A DNA stretch of 63,054 nt, filler included, from Hyphochytrium catenoides (GCA_900088475.1; 5 parts of 5 records of this genome joined end to end with filler, not necessarily neighbours in it); one strand, 5' to 3'. Positions 1 through 13,633 are shown, numbered from the whole stretch's first letter. Translations and numbers: made by a program. The notes: generated by a model not told the origin, from the sequence alone.

Positions 1-732
1 TCTCTCTCTCTCTCTCTCGTCGTTTTCTCTTCCTCTCGCTCTTTCTCTTTCGCCCTCGCTCTCGCCCTCGCTCTCGGTGTCTCTTTCTCTCATGCCCGCT
101 CCTCTCTCTCTTCTCTCGTTCTCTCTTTGTCTCATTTTTCCCCCCTGCCTTCCACTAACCTTTTCCCTTCCGCGCGCTCGTTCTCTCTTTCTCTACTCTC
201 TCACTCTCGCTTCTCTGTTTCCTCTATCTCTCTCTCTGTCTCGAGTTCGTCCTCTCTTTCTCTCCTCGCGCTTTCTCTCTCTCTCACTTTCACTCCTCTC
301 GCTTTACCTTCTCTCTCCGTTTTTTCTCTCTTCCTCTTTCCCTCGCGCCCCCGAAACTCCTCCGAATCTCTGCCAATATCCTACTACGTCCATCTGTTCT
401 CTATTTACCCCGGTCTCCTCGCTTTTCTTTTCTCTCTTTCTCTTTCTCCTCTTCTCCTTGTTTCTCTTCTCTCCTCCGGATCTCTTCAGCAGTAGTATCC
501 TCTGATCTTGTGACAGCCTTTCATCTGCTGCCGGCTGCTGGTCGACGTCTCCGAGTTCTTCCACCATCGGTCTCCCATCCTCTTTCCTGCTGCTCCCTCT
601 GCCTTCCTCCAATCAAACAAGGAGAGACTCAGTTAGGACGTTAGGGCTGATGCCGATGAGACTGCAATAGAGAAAGAGAGAGAGAGAGAGAGAGAANNNN
701 NNNNNNNNNNNNNNNNNNNNNNNNNNNNNNNN

Positions 733-769
<37 letters not shown>

Positions 770-1070
770 GGGCAAGGAGAGAGAGAGACAGGAGAGGAGC
801 TTTGTAAATCTCTTCGAAGAAGATCTGTTCTGAGTAATAATTTCAGTATTGCCTCAGATGTAAACACACCAAGCAGAAAGACAAAGCTTTATTTCCGCTT
901 CTCTTCTTGGTACCATCAATCTCTTCTCTCTCTCTCTCCCATTCTCTTCAAGTTCTCCTAGGCATTCAGGTACGGAAGTTTCAGAGACAGAGTCTCTCCT
1001 TCGAGGAAGATAATCAAAGCAAGGAGCTCTACTCTTTCTTCTCGTGGGCAAGGAGTTGGGAGAGGAGAAG

Positions 1071-2822
1071 ATGAAGAGAGAGGCTTCGCCCTTCTCTCAC
1101 TTCTCTTCCTCTTCTCATATCTACCCGACCTTCCCCTCCTGCCATCATACTAGACTAGGGACTCTGTCTTTCCATGTCTCTCTCATTGCTCTGCTGTTCT
1201 GCTCTTTCCTTGCGAGCCATTGCGCGGAATCTTCTGCTCTTCTCCCCACGTCATCCTCTTTCTCTCCCTCTTTCTCATACTTGCCCTGGTCCACTCTTTC
1301 CTCTTCTTCATCTACCTCAGCATTAGTCTACTATGAGGAAGAAGCCATGGTTGGAAGAGGAGAGAGAAAGATGGAGAGAAAAGTGAGACGAAGAAGGAAA
1401 GAGGAACCCAAAGAAGAAGAATCATCTGCAAGACCAGCGAGTCTCTCTCACGGTAGAAAACTTGCTCATAAGCGTTTTCTCCTCTTTGGTCGACTCTCAT
1501 CTTCCTTCAAGGCTGCGATGCGACGAGCAGGAGGACGAGGAGAGAGAAGAAATGCAAGAGGAAACACTTGGTGGGCGCTCTTCTTAGGAAAACGAGGAAG
1601 ACAGGCCTCAACTGGTGTAAGAAGGGGAAGATCAACGCATTCTTCTTCTTCTTCTTCTTCCTCCTCCTCAGTACACAGCGCTGCTTCTCCCATGTCTTCG
1701 TCCTCTTCTCTCTCTTCCCATGGACGGGGAGACGCCGCGCTAAGAAATGAACAGAGTTCTATTGACTCGTGGCCAAGTCTCTCTCCCAGCGATGGTGGCG
1801 GAGGACATTTCTCTTCTCTCCTGCCTCCTGACGCTGAATCTCTATCGTTTTCTACTACGTCTTCGTCCTCTTCTTTCCTTTCCGATAGACTGGGAGGAGG
1901 CGCTGGGGCAAGAGATGCACAGGAATCTATTGGCTCTTGGCCGAGTCTCTCTCTCAGTGACCGCGGGGATGATCCCATCTCTTCTCTTCTTTCTCCTGAT
2001 GCTGTCTCTTCTTCTCAACCATCTTCAAGGCGACAACAAGTGCCTTCTGGGAAGGGAGAAGACGACACAGGTGCGGCGGTGAGGCCACAGGAGGGGAGAA
2101 AAGAAGAGCTAGCTCTTCCTCATTCATCTGCTGCTGTTCTTCTTCTCCCTCCGTCTGAGCCCAAACTCCTTCATCAGCCGCCTCAGAACAACATCCCCGA
2201 GAAGGTTCAACGTCTGCTTGACCGCATTCTGAAGCCTGAATCCCTTCAGCCTCAAGATCTGAGAGGCCTGCCAGAAGCGCTTCAGAAGAAACTCTCTTCC
2301 AAGGATTCGCAAGAGATCTTGGCGTCCATCGCCCAGATGCCTGACCCGAATCTGCAGAGCCTCATTGAGCAGATTCATCGTAAGATCTTGCCCAGTGTAG
2401 ACGCTGTATACAGCGCAGAGCTGATGTCTGTCAAGCAGCTGCTTTGGGACAGCGACAATGCGGCACTAGGAAAGCTAAGATCCATGTTCAAAGCTTCTCT
2501 TGCGGTCCATGAAGAGTTACCTGCTCAGTCCAACCAGCAAGGCTCGGCAGGCTCATCATCTCGTCTCTCAGATCTCGAGGCCGTAGCTCGAGAAGAAGAC
2601 CTCAAGCTTCAAAGAGAAGACCAAGCGAAGCTGTTAGAGGCTCATCCTCACCTTAGAGGAGAGAGCACAAAGCTTGAGGAGTATCAGGCAGCGCTGGAGA
2701 AGAGCCAGAGCGAGGTGAAGGCCGTGCTCACCATGCTGTCTGCAGATATAGAGAAAATGATCAGGAAGAGATGGGATGAGAGACTCCATATGATCCTGAA
2801 GACCAGGGAAAACATGGACTAG
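1071..2822 (+). CDS. Hypothetical intronless protein (583 aa from the first ATG): hydrophobic N-terminal segment, Ser-rich middle with an internal repeat, helical/coiled-coil C-terminus
   Basis: 1.75-kb open frame. The C-terminal ~230 aa is non-repetitive, L/E/Q/K-rich and helical-looking. Signal-like stretch LSFHVSLIALLFCSFLASHCAES. No family motif recognised. Confidence 0.7.
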   Translation: MKREASPFSHFSSSSHIYPTFPSCHHTRLGTLSFHVSLIALLFCSFLASHCAESSALLPTSSSFSPSFSYLPWSTLSSSSSTSALVYYEEEAMVGRGERKMERKVRRRRKEEPKEEESSARPASLSHGRKLAHKRFLLFGRLSSSFKAAMRRAGGRGERRNARGNTWWALFLGKRGRQASTGVRRGRSTHSSSSSSSSSSVHSAASPMSSSSSLSSHGRGDAALRNEQSSIDSWPSLSPSDGGGGHFSSLLPPDAESLSFSTTSSSSSFLSDRLGGGAGARDAQESIGSWPSLSLSDRGDDPISSLLSPDAVSSSQPSSRRQQVPSGKGEDDTGAAVRPQEGRKEELALPHSSAAVLLLPPSEPKLLHQPPQNNIPEKVQRLLDRILKPESLQPQDLRGLPEALQKKLSSKDSQEILASIAQMPDPNLQSLIEQIHRKILPSVDAVYSAELMSVKQLLWDSDNAALGKLRSMFKASLAVHEELPAQSNQQGSAGSSSRLSDLEAVAREEDLKLQREDQAKLLEAHPHLRGESTKLEEYQAALEKSQSEVKAVLTMLSADIEKMIRKRWDERLHMILKTRENMD

Positions 2823-3069
2823 TTATGACTGAGACGGGAACACGAGCGTTAGAGAGTAGACGCTGCAGGCGTTAGCGTCGTTCGATAAAAAGAGAGAGCG
2901 CAAGAGACGGGCAAGATCCAGGAAGAGGAAAGCGAAAGAAGCAGGAAGAAGGCATTGTCAACAGGCAGTGTCCCCTTATCAAGAGTACAGGCTTGAGGGC
3001 CTTGCGTCTTTTGGAGGAAGAGCAGGAGAGGGAAAAAAAAGGCAAAAGAAAGAGAGAAAGAGAGAGAGT

Positions 3070-3129
<60 letters not shown>

Positions 3130-4701
3130 AATCCTCAAAGTTCGGAAGATAGATAGCTCTCTTCTTCTCTTCTTGTTTCTCCCATCTGAATCTTCCTCTT
3201 TATTCCTCTTTCTGCTGCATCTAATATCAACTCCTCCTCCTCTCTGCTTCGTGTCTTGTTCCCATAAGGCGCTTCTCATCTTTCTCTTACACTCTGACCT
3301 TGAGCATCTGAGTCATCCTTCCTCCTCTCTTCTTCTTCTCGTTTTTGCTTCTTCTCCTTCATTATCGTCTCTTCTTCTTCTTCTTCTTGTTTGCCCCAAG
3401 GCTGAGTGCTTAGCTTCTCTCGAGCAGTGCATTCGCCTATGATTCCCTAGAATATCGGATAGTAGAGCCTCGAGTACTACTAGGAGGACCGACGAGTCAT
3501 CGCGAGCTTGCTGGCATCCCTCATTTGCCCTTTCCTATAGTCTATTCCCCTGCATGGAAGAACTCTGTCATAACTGGTTGGCAAACCGGACCCCTGGGCA
3601 GTGGAGGAAAGTGCATAGATCAGGAAGTGATGGCTGGAGATCGTGATGATGAAGGAGGAGAATGATGATGGTCACTTTGCCTGTCCGCTCGCTGTGGTCT
3701 GCTTCTTTCTCAAGTTTCTCCCCTCCTCGCTGTTTTGCCTTCCATCCATGGTGCTAATGATGGTCTTCCGCTGTCTATCTTCTGCGGCCTCTCGTCCGCC
3801 CTTCTTCTTCTTATCTATTATGGTGCTGCTGCTGCCTAGCCTCGCTCCACCGTCCTGCTGTTCTCTTCCTCAAGATCCACACCTCTGACTGCTGACGAGA
3901 AGCGACTTGAATGGCGGTCTATGAATACGTTCCTGCTGTTTCTCTCCTTCTCTCTCCATCCCAAACAGAGTCTTCTGCTGTCTATCTCTGCCTCTAGCGC
4001 GCCGCCGTCTTCTTTTCTTGCATCTCGTCAGTTGCCGCTGCTCCTCCTCTTCGTCGTCGTCGTCTGAAGCGTGACGGAAGCGATTGACGGAGCGACACAC
4101 ACACATCACCGCCACACTGGGTTGCAAGATCATTAACTGATAACCTGATAAAGAACTTAGTAGACGATGATAAAGATAATCATTTACCGCCAGTCTCCAT
4201 AGTCCGATATGTTGTACTTGGTATATCAAAGATCACTGTTTTAGATGGGCAACTATTGTCGGAGTTATTGGATAGGTTGCCCTGTGACTGGCGGGGCGGT
4301 GAGGGATGAACAGCTCTGAAGGATATCCCGTACCGCTTGGCTTNNNNNNNNNNNNNNNNNNNNNNNNNNNNNNNNNNNNNNNNNNNNNNNNNNNNNNNNN
4401 NNNNNNNNNNNNNNNNNNNNNNGAGAGAGGAGAGAGAGAGAATGTAGAGAGAGAGAGGAAGGAAGAGAGACTCGGATGGCATCAACAAAAGTGGAGAGGA
4501 CACCCATCGGCAGAAAGCAAACCATCCGTTCTCGATCGCTTTCTCCTCCTTCTTGTCTCAGCAAGCGCTGAAGTCTCTCTCTTCTAAGAGGAAAGCAGCG
4601 CAACGGAGGAAAGAAAGAGAAACTCTGTTCACCAAAAAAGAGAGAGAGAAACGGCAGACCTGTGAGGAGAGGAGCGCTTGGTAGCACTCTGCTAAGGGAA
4701 A

Positions 4702-5316
4702 ATGCTAGGCCTGGTGTCACGGCAGCTCACCTCCTCAATCGTTCGACATGGAGCGAAGAAGGTGAAGAGTACATGCGAGTTCATCTCTTTCTCTCTCTCT
4801 CTCCCTCTTCTCTCCGTGTCTCTTCCTCTTTCTCTCTCTCTTCCTCTCTCTCTCTCCGCCTCTCTCCCTCTTTGCTTTCCTTTTGTGCCATCTCTCCCAG
4901 CATCCATCTACCTCCATCTGGTCTGTCTCTCTTTTCCTCCGTTGTCTATTTCTTTCTCTCTTTTCCCTATCCTGTCTTATTCCCGCTCTCTCTCACTCAT
5001 TTTCCTTCTCTTCTCTTCGTTGTCTGTCTCCTCCTCTAGGGCCTGCATACAGCCAGGAGCTCTCAGACGCCAGCAGTGTCTGGCCGCTTTAAGGTAAATG
5101 AACTTAGGGAAGAAGGAGAGAGAGAGACAGAGCTGGAGAGAGAGACAGAGAAAGAGGAAGGTGCAGACACCGCACGGTAGGAGGGAGATGCTGAGACGCA
5201 AAGGGAGAGAACAGATATGAGAGAGAAGAGAGATCGAGAAGGAATGGAGTCCCAACTACACATAGCAAGAGACCAAGCACGAGCTTACGCAAGAGACAAA
5301 GGGAGGGAGAGAGAAA

Positions 5317-5355
<39 letters not shown>

Positions 5356-5772
5356 CGAGGTAACAGGGGCTCCTTAAAAAGACCAGAAATTCTGCCATGG
5401 TTGGAAAGAGAAACAGATATCCAGTGGCACAGCTCTAGGGAGACCGCACTTTGGTGTCCGTCTTCCCATTTCTCTTTCTGACATCTCTTCCCTTCGTCTC
5501 TCCTATCCACACCATCTTCTCCCACTCTTCCTACCCCTCTATCTTCTTTGGCTTCCGCTTCTTTTGGTCTTTCTCTCTCTCTTTCTCTCTCTCTCCTCTG
5601 TTGCTCTTCATCTCCTCTTTGCCCCATTCAGAGAGCTGCCACAGGTGCCGCCTGGGCGGGCCTGGGTCTAGCCACAGCTCTGGGCAGCAGCATTATCCTG
5701 GCGGAGGAAGCACCAGAGGAGCCGATAAAGCCTTCCAAGCCTCCAAGTAAACTCCCTTCCTCTCACTCTCCT

Positions 5773-5803
<31 letters not shown>

Positions 5804-6062
5804 CTCTCTCTCTCTTCTCTCTAGCTTTCCCTACCCCTTCCAATGCCTATCCTTCTTCTGGGGAGCATTGTCTTTTGCCGGGTTCTATGGGTAGCTGCGA
5901 CGCACTCAGTAGCTGCCATGACATGGCGTTCTCTTTCCTTATTTCTCTCTCTCTCTCTTTTACTCATTTCTGCCATATCTCCCACACATATCTCGCGCTT
6001 TCGTTGTTTCATTATTGTTTACTTCTTCTCCCTTTGCTGGCCGTTCCGCGCTTTTACTCTTT

Positions 6063-6100
<38 letters not shown>

Positions 6101-6645
6101 ACCCCTCTCTTCCTTCTCTTCCTCGTTCTCCCGTCTTCCCGTCATGCAGAAAAGTACGGCATCAAGGTCTTCAGCGGTAATGCAAATCGCGAACTTGCAC
6201 GGGACGTATCAGAGATTATTGGAGTAGATCTCGGTCGGATCACGGTATAAACAGCGTCCTTCGCTCTCTCGTCTTGTCCTCTCTCCTTCCGTTTGTGTCT
6301 GTCTCTCTCCGCTCTTCCAGTGTATTCTCTCTCTCTCCCTGTCCCTCTCTCTCTCTCTCTCCCTCTCTTTGCTCTTCTTCTGGGGATCTCTCTCTCTTTC
6401 CTCCACGATGGAAACTTTTGGGCCCTTTCGCAGCATCGTTTCCTCTCTATTTCAGTCTCTCGCTCTCTCTTTCTCCTCCCACTCTCCACCACATACAACA
6501 CGCTCTTTCTCTTTCTCATCCTGTACAGCTCTCCTTTCTCTCCCTGACCGCTTCTTGTCTCTAGGTGGAGAGATTCGCTGATGGCGAAGTGAATGTCATG
6601 GTGCATGAGAATGTTCGCGGAAAGGATGTGTATATTATCCAGGTA

Positions 6646-6686
<41 letters not shown>

Positions 6687-6744
6687 TTTGGTCTTGACCA
6701 TGCCAAGGAAGGTTATGTCTTTGCCTGCTGTGCCGGAACATTGT

Positions 6745-6783
<39 letters not shown>

Positions 6784-8329
6784 GTACAAGAATCTCTTGG
6801 TTAATGATGGTCTCGCCTCTGCCCTCCGCTTTCTTTTCTCTTTCTTGTCTCTCCTTTCTTCGAACTTCCATTGACCTTCTCATTTTGCTATTCTGTCTGT
6901 CTCTCTCTCTCTTTCTCTCCCTCTCCAGCCGACCTGCACGCCTGTGAACGAGAATCTTATGGAGTTGCTGCTGATGGTCAGCACCATGAGAAGAGCCAGC
7001 GCTAGGCGGATTACCGCCGTTATCCCTTATTACGGATATGCGAGGCAAGACAGAAAGGTAAGAGACAGAGAGGCAAAGAGATAGGAAGGAAGAGAGAGAG
7101 AGAGAGACAGAGACAGGGAGAGAGAGAGAGAGAAGGGTACAGAGTAAGGAAATGAGGGAAGACAGTCAAAGGAATGTCAGGAGTTATCAGGAGAAAAGTA
7201 AGGACAACAAGAAGGGATGGCTTAGAGGCAAAAAAGAATTCTAAAAGAGCGAAGAGAGCAGCTGATCACTGACCAGCTTTCTCCTTTCCATCACCTTACT
7301 CCTCTCTCCCTCACTCTTTTTTCTCATAAACCTTCTCTATTTCTCCTGGTCCTCTTTCTCTCTCTCTCTCTAGATGACCGCCCGTGTTCCTATCTCTGCG
7401 GCTGACGTCGCTCGTCTGATGGAGGCGATGGGCGTGGACCGTGTGATTGCTGTTGATCTGCACTGCGGCCAGATCCAAGGCTTCTTTGGACCCAGAGTAC
7501 CCGTCGATAATCTTGACGGTGAGCTTTTCTCTCTCTCTCTCTCTCTCTTACTCTCTCCTCTTCTTTGGGAAGTATGCAGCACTGTAGTCCCTCTTCTCTC
7601 TTCCGAGGGCCGCAGTTACCTTCTTCTATCCTCATTGCTGGCTTGTCTTCTTCGAGGTCATCATTCGTTCCTTCTCTCTCTCTCTCTCTCTCTCTTCTCC
7701 TTCCCACTATCCTCTCTCTCTCTGTCATGCCTCTCTTATATCACGTTGTCTCTCTCTTCTTTCTTCACTTATTCCTTTCTCTTTCTTCCCTCGCTCTTCC
7801 TCTCCCAGGCGGCTTCGTCGGTGTCTCCTACTTTGGAGACAAAGACCTGGTCCGGCCTGTGGTTGTCTCTCCCGATGCTGGCGGCGTCTACCGGGCAAAG
7901 AAGTTCCGAGAAGGTCTTATCAACAAATATGAGAAGCACGATGCGGGGCTGGCGATGATCATCAAACAGAGACAGAAAGCCAATGAAATAGAGAGAATGG
8001 ACCTCGTGGGCAACGTGCAAGGCAGTGACTGCATTATTGTTGATGATATGATCGACACGGCAGGGACGCTGTGTACCGCGGCCAAGCATCTCGTGGACAA
8101 TGGCGCTAGAAATGTCTATGCCTTTGCTTCTCATGGCCTGTTCAACGGCCCTGCCAACGAGAGGATCTCAAAGAGCGTGCTGAAGGAAGTGGTGGTCGTC
8201 AACACGATTCCTTTGCCAGGCAACTGTCAGGAGAATCCGAAGATTAGACAGCTCAATGTGGCGCCGCTGCTGGCTCAGGCCATTCTTAATATTCATGCCA
8301 AGCAGTCCGTGTCGGATCTGTTCAAGTGA
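4702..8329 (+). CDS. PRS: Ribose-phosphate pyrophosphokinase (PRPP synthetase), 8 exons
   Basis: Exons 4702-4761, 5040-5093, 5632-5746, 6150-6244, 6565-6642, 6929-7057, 7374-7518 and 7809-8329 splice in frame at GT-AG. Motifs: [56 protein letters not shown]. The first two exons are less certain than the rest. Confidence 0.96.
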
Positions 8330-9215
8330 GAGAGAGAAGAGAGAGAGAGAGAAGAAGGACAAGAGGAAAGAGAGAGGGTTCTCTTCTTTCTTTGCCCGTT
8401 CTTTTGTTTAGCCATCATGATCCCCCGCACTAATAATTATTGTTCATCATTTTCCTATCGCACGATGCCTGCCTTCATCTCTTCTTTCCTCTCGCCCGCA
8501 CACTCTCTTTCTCTCTCTCTCTCTCTCTCTTCTTTCTCTCGCTCTCCTTTCTCTTTGTCCCCACGACCCTCTCTTCCCTTATCCCTCTTTCGTTTGTCTC
8601 TCCCTCTTGAGTCTGTCCCACACATTCTAATCTCCATCTCTCTCTCTTTCTTTCTCGTCTGTCTCCCTTTTCTTCTTCCGGCCTTCGGTATCGACACTTC
8701 ATCAGCGCAGGAGAGAGAAAGAAATCCCTCTCTCTCCCTCACCAGGGCTTAAACTCATCAGCAACATGCCAACTAGCCCCTGTCGAACCTTCTGTGATGA
8801 GAGAGAGAATGGAGAAGCCAAGAGCGAGAGAGAGAGAAAGGGCTTGTTCTCTCTCGATTAACCCCGCTCTGGACAGTTTTCTTTGAACATTATCTGTCCT
8901 TGCCAGGCAACTGGTTCACCGTGGACGGACACGAAAGACCCCTCTCTCTCTCTCTTTGTCCGTCTCTCCTCTTCAATCTTCTCTGGCTAAGATGTTTCAT
9001 TCCTTTTTGGGACAACAGGATGCTTCTCGCACTTCACTGTCGCCTGCAGGGAGAAGACGGGTCAGAGAACGAGAAAGAGAGTGAGAGTGTCAGAGCGAGA
9101 AGCAGAGAGAGAGAGAGAGGTGGTGGCGAAAAGAAAGAAAGAGGATAGCGCCAATGGGGGATCTTCCTAGGAAATAAGAGATTCACCATGGAAGGACAAT
9201 GCACCTGAGAAGCGT

Positions 9216-10070
9216 TCATGGCCTTGGAGACTTTGCATAGACCATCAGGTTCCGCGCCTCACCCGAGCCATTGAGACCAACTTTATCAACAAAAACCTCA
9301 ATAAATCTCCGTCTGAGATCTGCAATAATCTCTATGGCATCTGCAGACGACGCTTCGTCAGCATTCTGAAGCTCAATGACAACCTGACGGATGAGCTTCC
9401 AGTTCTGCTCGGAGATGCCCTGCAATACGTCTCTCTCTGAGCCTTCAACGTCGATCTTCAGGAGGTCAATAAGCTGCAGATGGGCGTCCGAAATGTACGC
9501 GTCAACGGTAGAAACCCTGCATTCCAGAGACTGAGTTATCGCCATTTTGGAGCTCAGCCTCGGATTGAAGAATCTTAGTTCTGAAGCTTTCACCTCCGGA
9601 AAAAAAGTGGAGTTTCCCGGCATGTGAGGGAAGAATGTCAGAGTCTTTCTCTGAGGAGACGAAGGGAACAACGAGTAGAGGAAGACAGTAGAGAGAGAGA
9701 GAGAGAGAGAGAGACAACAGGAGAGGGGAGGGAATAAGTTTAGCATGGTTAGGAGGAGCTGAGTGGTCATAGACTCATGATTTACACGAGCGTCTAGTTT
9801 GAGCGGTATCATAGTCACGTACATCCTATTTCTCTCCCCATCTCCCAATTTTTCTCACTTCTACTCTTCTCTCTCTCTCTCTCTGTCTCTCTCTCTCTCT
9901 GTCTCTCTCTTCCTTTTTCATCCTCTATGATTATCTCTTTCTCTCGCTTTCTCGCTCTCTCTTTATCTATCGTATCTCTTTTCTCTCTGTCTGCCACTCC
10001 CACTCTTCCCTTCCATTGCCCTCTGTCTCTCTCATTCTTTCTTCGTCTTCACTCTCTGTTCTTTCGCCTT

Positions 10071-10107
<37 letters not shown>

Positions 10108-13100
10108 GTTCAGAGCGGCCCTCTCTTACCTCTTCCTTTGCTCCCAGGGCGAAGTCATTGATTTTCACGTCACAGAGAGAAGGAGAGACACCATGAAGCC
10201 TGAGATTCTCCCTAAAGCACCGAAGAGATGGTGCCGCAGGTTCAAAGGCATGGATGCAAAGAGGATCAGCAGCTTGTTTGCCTCTCTCTCTTTTTGAGGC
10301 TGGGGAGAGAGAGAAGATGATGACGAGAGAGAAAGAGACGTAGAGTCCATTGTAAGCATTGAAGGGAGCTTATTTCCCTAATCTATCTCTAGAGTCACTC
10401 TCTCTCTCTCTCTCTCTCNNNNNNNNNNNNNNNNNNNNNNNNNNNNNNNNNNNNNNNNNNNNNNNNNNNNNNNNNNTCTCTCTCTCTCTCTCTCAACTCA
10501 CTCTCTTGTCCATGATTCTGAAGCTTTCTTTTATGTCATTTTTGAGTCTATCTCCGTTCAATGACTGCTCTCTTTCTCTCTTTCTCTCTCGCTCTCTCTC
10601 TCTCTCTCTCCCTCTCTTTCTCTTTCTCTCTCTCTCTCTCTTTTTTTCACCTGCACTACCTACAGTAGCAAAGGCTGCTACTAACCTGCTTCGACCTCTT
10701 TGTAGAGAAAGAGAGAGAAGAGTCCAATGTTTGCGCCAACGTCCAGGACTGTCTCTCCTCTCTTCACCTGCAGGCCGTGACGGAGGTACGTCCGCTGATG
10801 GAAAATCTCCCTTTGCCAGAGATGGTGAGTCAGAACACATGTCTTAAAGAGCCCAGGCGTGAAAAGAGAGAGAGCAAAATAGAGAGAGAGTGTGTGTCTG
10901 TGAAAGAGAGATAAAGAGAGAGAGCGCGAGAGAGAGAACACCGGAAGAACGATAGGGAGAGAGCTCCACTTAAGAGAAAAAGGAAGGTGGAGACTTGGTC
11001 AAGAGCTGTCAAAAGATGCAAACTAAAACGCGAGAAGGACAAGAAGACTCCCATGGAGAACCAGAAAAGAAGGAAGGGACAGACCTGTCCGCGTGATGGA
11101 AGGTACAGAGAGAGAGAGAGAGAAAGAGAGAAAGAGAGAAAGAGAGAGACAGAGAGAGAGAGAGAAAGAGAGAAAGAAAGAAGTAGCGAAGAACATCAGA
11201 CTCTTACTTTACAAGAAAGACTGTCTCCTCCAGCGCTAGGTAGCAGACCTTCAGGCCGTCTTTAAAGGTCAGCGTCTTAGAACTTGTGTTTCTCTCTCTC
11301 TCCTCTCTCTCCTGTTCTCTTCTGTCGTCTTCTGTGTATGACGCCGAGGAGAGAAGAGAGAGAGAAGAGAGACGTTTCTTATATTCTTCAAAAGCGCTTG
11401 CTGCCTTAAGCATAAGATTTTGAATGGTTTCAACAGCTCTCTCCTCTCTCATTTCCATTGACACCTGGAGACATCTGAACGGGAAGAGAAAGATGTTTGT
11501 ACACCAGAATCAACAGAGAAAGAGTGAGAGAGAGCAAGAGAGAGCAAGAGAGAGAGAGAGAGAGAGAGAGACTGAGAGAAAAGAAGGTGAAAGGATATTG
11601 AGGCGAAGAGAATGAAGGAAAGAAGAGAGGAGAAGGCAGATGGAGACAGACGCGAAAGACAGAGAGAGGAGACAGATCCTAACACTGTATCCATAAAACG
11701 AAAGAAGAACGTGTCTCTTCTCTTGGTCTGCCTCTCTCTCTCTCTCTCACTCTGTTCCCGCCTACCTTACCTCTCTTTGAAGATATCCTTTGTAACCCGT
11801 CTTATTGCCTCCTCAGCCCGAGAGAGAGATTCCAAGCTGAGAAATTTCTCTCTCTTTCTATCTTTTTCATTACAAAAGGAGAGAGAGAGAAGTCTCTCTC
11901 TTTGCAATGCGACGCCTAAGCCCAGATATTCAATGACTTCTCCCCATGAAAACTGGTCGAACATGAAAGGAACCACGATCTATAAGAGAGACAGTGGTTC
12001 GAGTGAGAACAAAAGAGAGAAAGAGAGCGAGAGAGAGAGCGACAGAGAGAGAGAGAGGAGAGAGAGAGGTAGAGAATAGGAGGAGAAAGGGAAGAGGGCT
12101 TACAATAGAGATATAATGGGAAGGTAAGGGAGAAGACGGGAAAGAGAGACAAAGAAAGAAAGAAATGGAAGGTGACGGATATAGAGAAAGAGAACGGGCA
12201 TAGAGAGCGGAAGACGGGGGAATGTGAGAAAGAGTTTAGCAGGTAAAGGGGATAAAAGAAAGAAGATAATGGGAGGGAGGAGAGAGGCTTCTCTGGCAGG
12301 AGAAAGAGAGAGAGAGAGAGACACCTGTGGCACTCCTTCTCGTGCTGCTGCTTGAACAGTCCCGCTGCCGCCATGATTTACTATGGCAACAGAGAGAGGG
12401 AGAAGGATCGAGTGGGGGACAAAGTCTTCGAGAATCAGCACTCTCTCTTCTACTTCCGAGAAAGAGAGAAACATTCTCTTCTCCATTTGACTCTTCTCTC
12501 TCTCTTTTCCAGTGTCACTACCATCATCTTCACTATCCTGCAGAGCAGCGAAAAGAGAACGAATCCTCTCCCTCAAAGAAAAAGACCTGGAGCAGAGTCT
12601 CTCCTGTGTACATTCTCTCTCTCGTTCTTCTCTTTGTCGACTCTCTTTCTCTCCTTTATACATTCGAACAATGACTCTATACCCAGCCCTACACGCTGCG
12701 AGAGAGAAGAGAGAAAGGAGAGAGAGAGAAGAGGCAGTGCAGATATCAACCATCGACCCAAAATCAAGGAGAACAAAGGGCGAGCCATCTCCCTTCGCGA
12801 GAAAGGAAGAGAGAGAAAGAGGAGGAGAGAGGGAGGTGCGGTGGTCTCTTCTCTCCCTCCATTCTTCCAATTCTCTATCATCTTGAGTTACTCTCTTCCT
12901 CTTGTAAGTCAGCTTCTGCCTCTCTCCTGCTCTCTCTCTCTCACTTCTCTGGTCGAACTCCATTTTCATCTTCTTTCTGGCGCTCTCTCTCTCTGTCTCT
13001 TCTTCTTCTCTCTTTCTCTCTCTTTCTCTTTCGGCTCCATGGTCAGGTTGGTCTCTTCTCTTGCAAAGGGTCAGGGCACCGACAACGTGAACGCTAGAAG

Positions 13101-13304
13101 GCCAATAACCTAGAGAGAAAGAAGAGAGAGAGGGAGAGAAAACAAGTTTATGGGAAAAAGAGAGAGAGAAAGAGAAAGCAGGGAGGTAAGTGAAGATTAT
13201 TTTGCAGAAGAGAGAGAAAGAGTAACGGACAGAGGCAAAGCAAACAAAGATGACTGATGTGCTACGCAAGAGCGACAGACAGCGGAAGAGAGACCGCTCT
13301 CTTT

Positions 13305-13340
<36 letters not shown>

Positions 13341-13601
13341 CTCTCTCACTCTCTTTATTCCTAATTTGTCTCTTTCATTTTCCCTCTCCACACACCTGGC
13401 CGGGGCCTGAGGATCTGACTGTAGCAGTAAGCTAGCGGAGGAGGAGGAGGGAGAAGAGAGAGAGAAGAAGAGAGAGAGAAAGGAAGAGACGGCAATTTAA
13501 GTGTCTCCGTCCGCCATGGAGTCCAGTGAGGGGAAAACGCTGCCCACATCCAGTGCTAACAGAGAAACGGGTAGGGAGAACAGGAAAGAAAAGCCGCCAA
13601 C

Positions 13602-13633
<32 letters not shown>

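Noticed and set aside
304-1051. Possible minus-strand gene at the window start (MEEGRGSSRKEDG...)
   Set aside because: No recognisable motif, and I could not build a consistent spliced frame.
10499-10650. Possible extra RE-rich exon in the FkbM region
   Set aside because: Its phase-0 donor is incompatible with the phase-1 acceptor at 10299. Direct splicing 10686 to 10299 keeps the frame.
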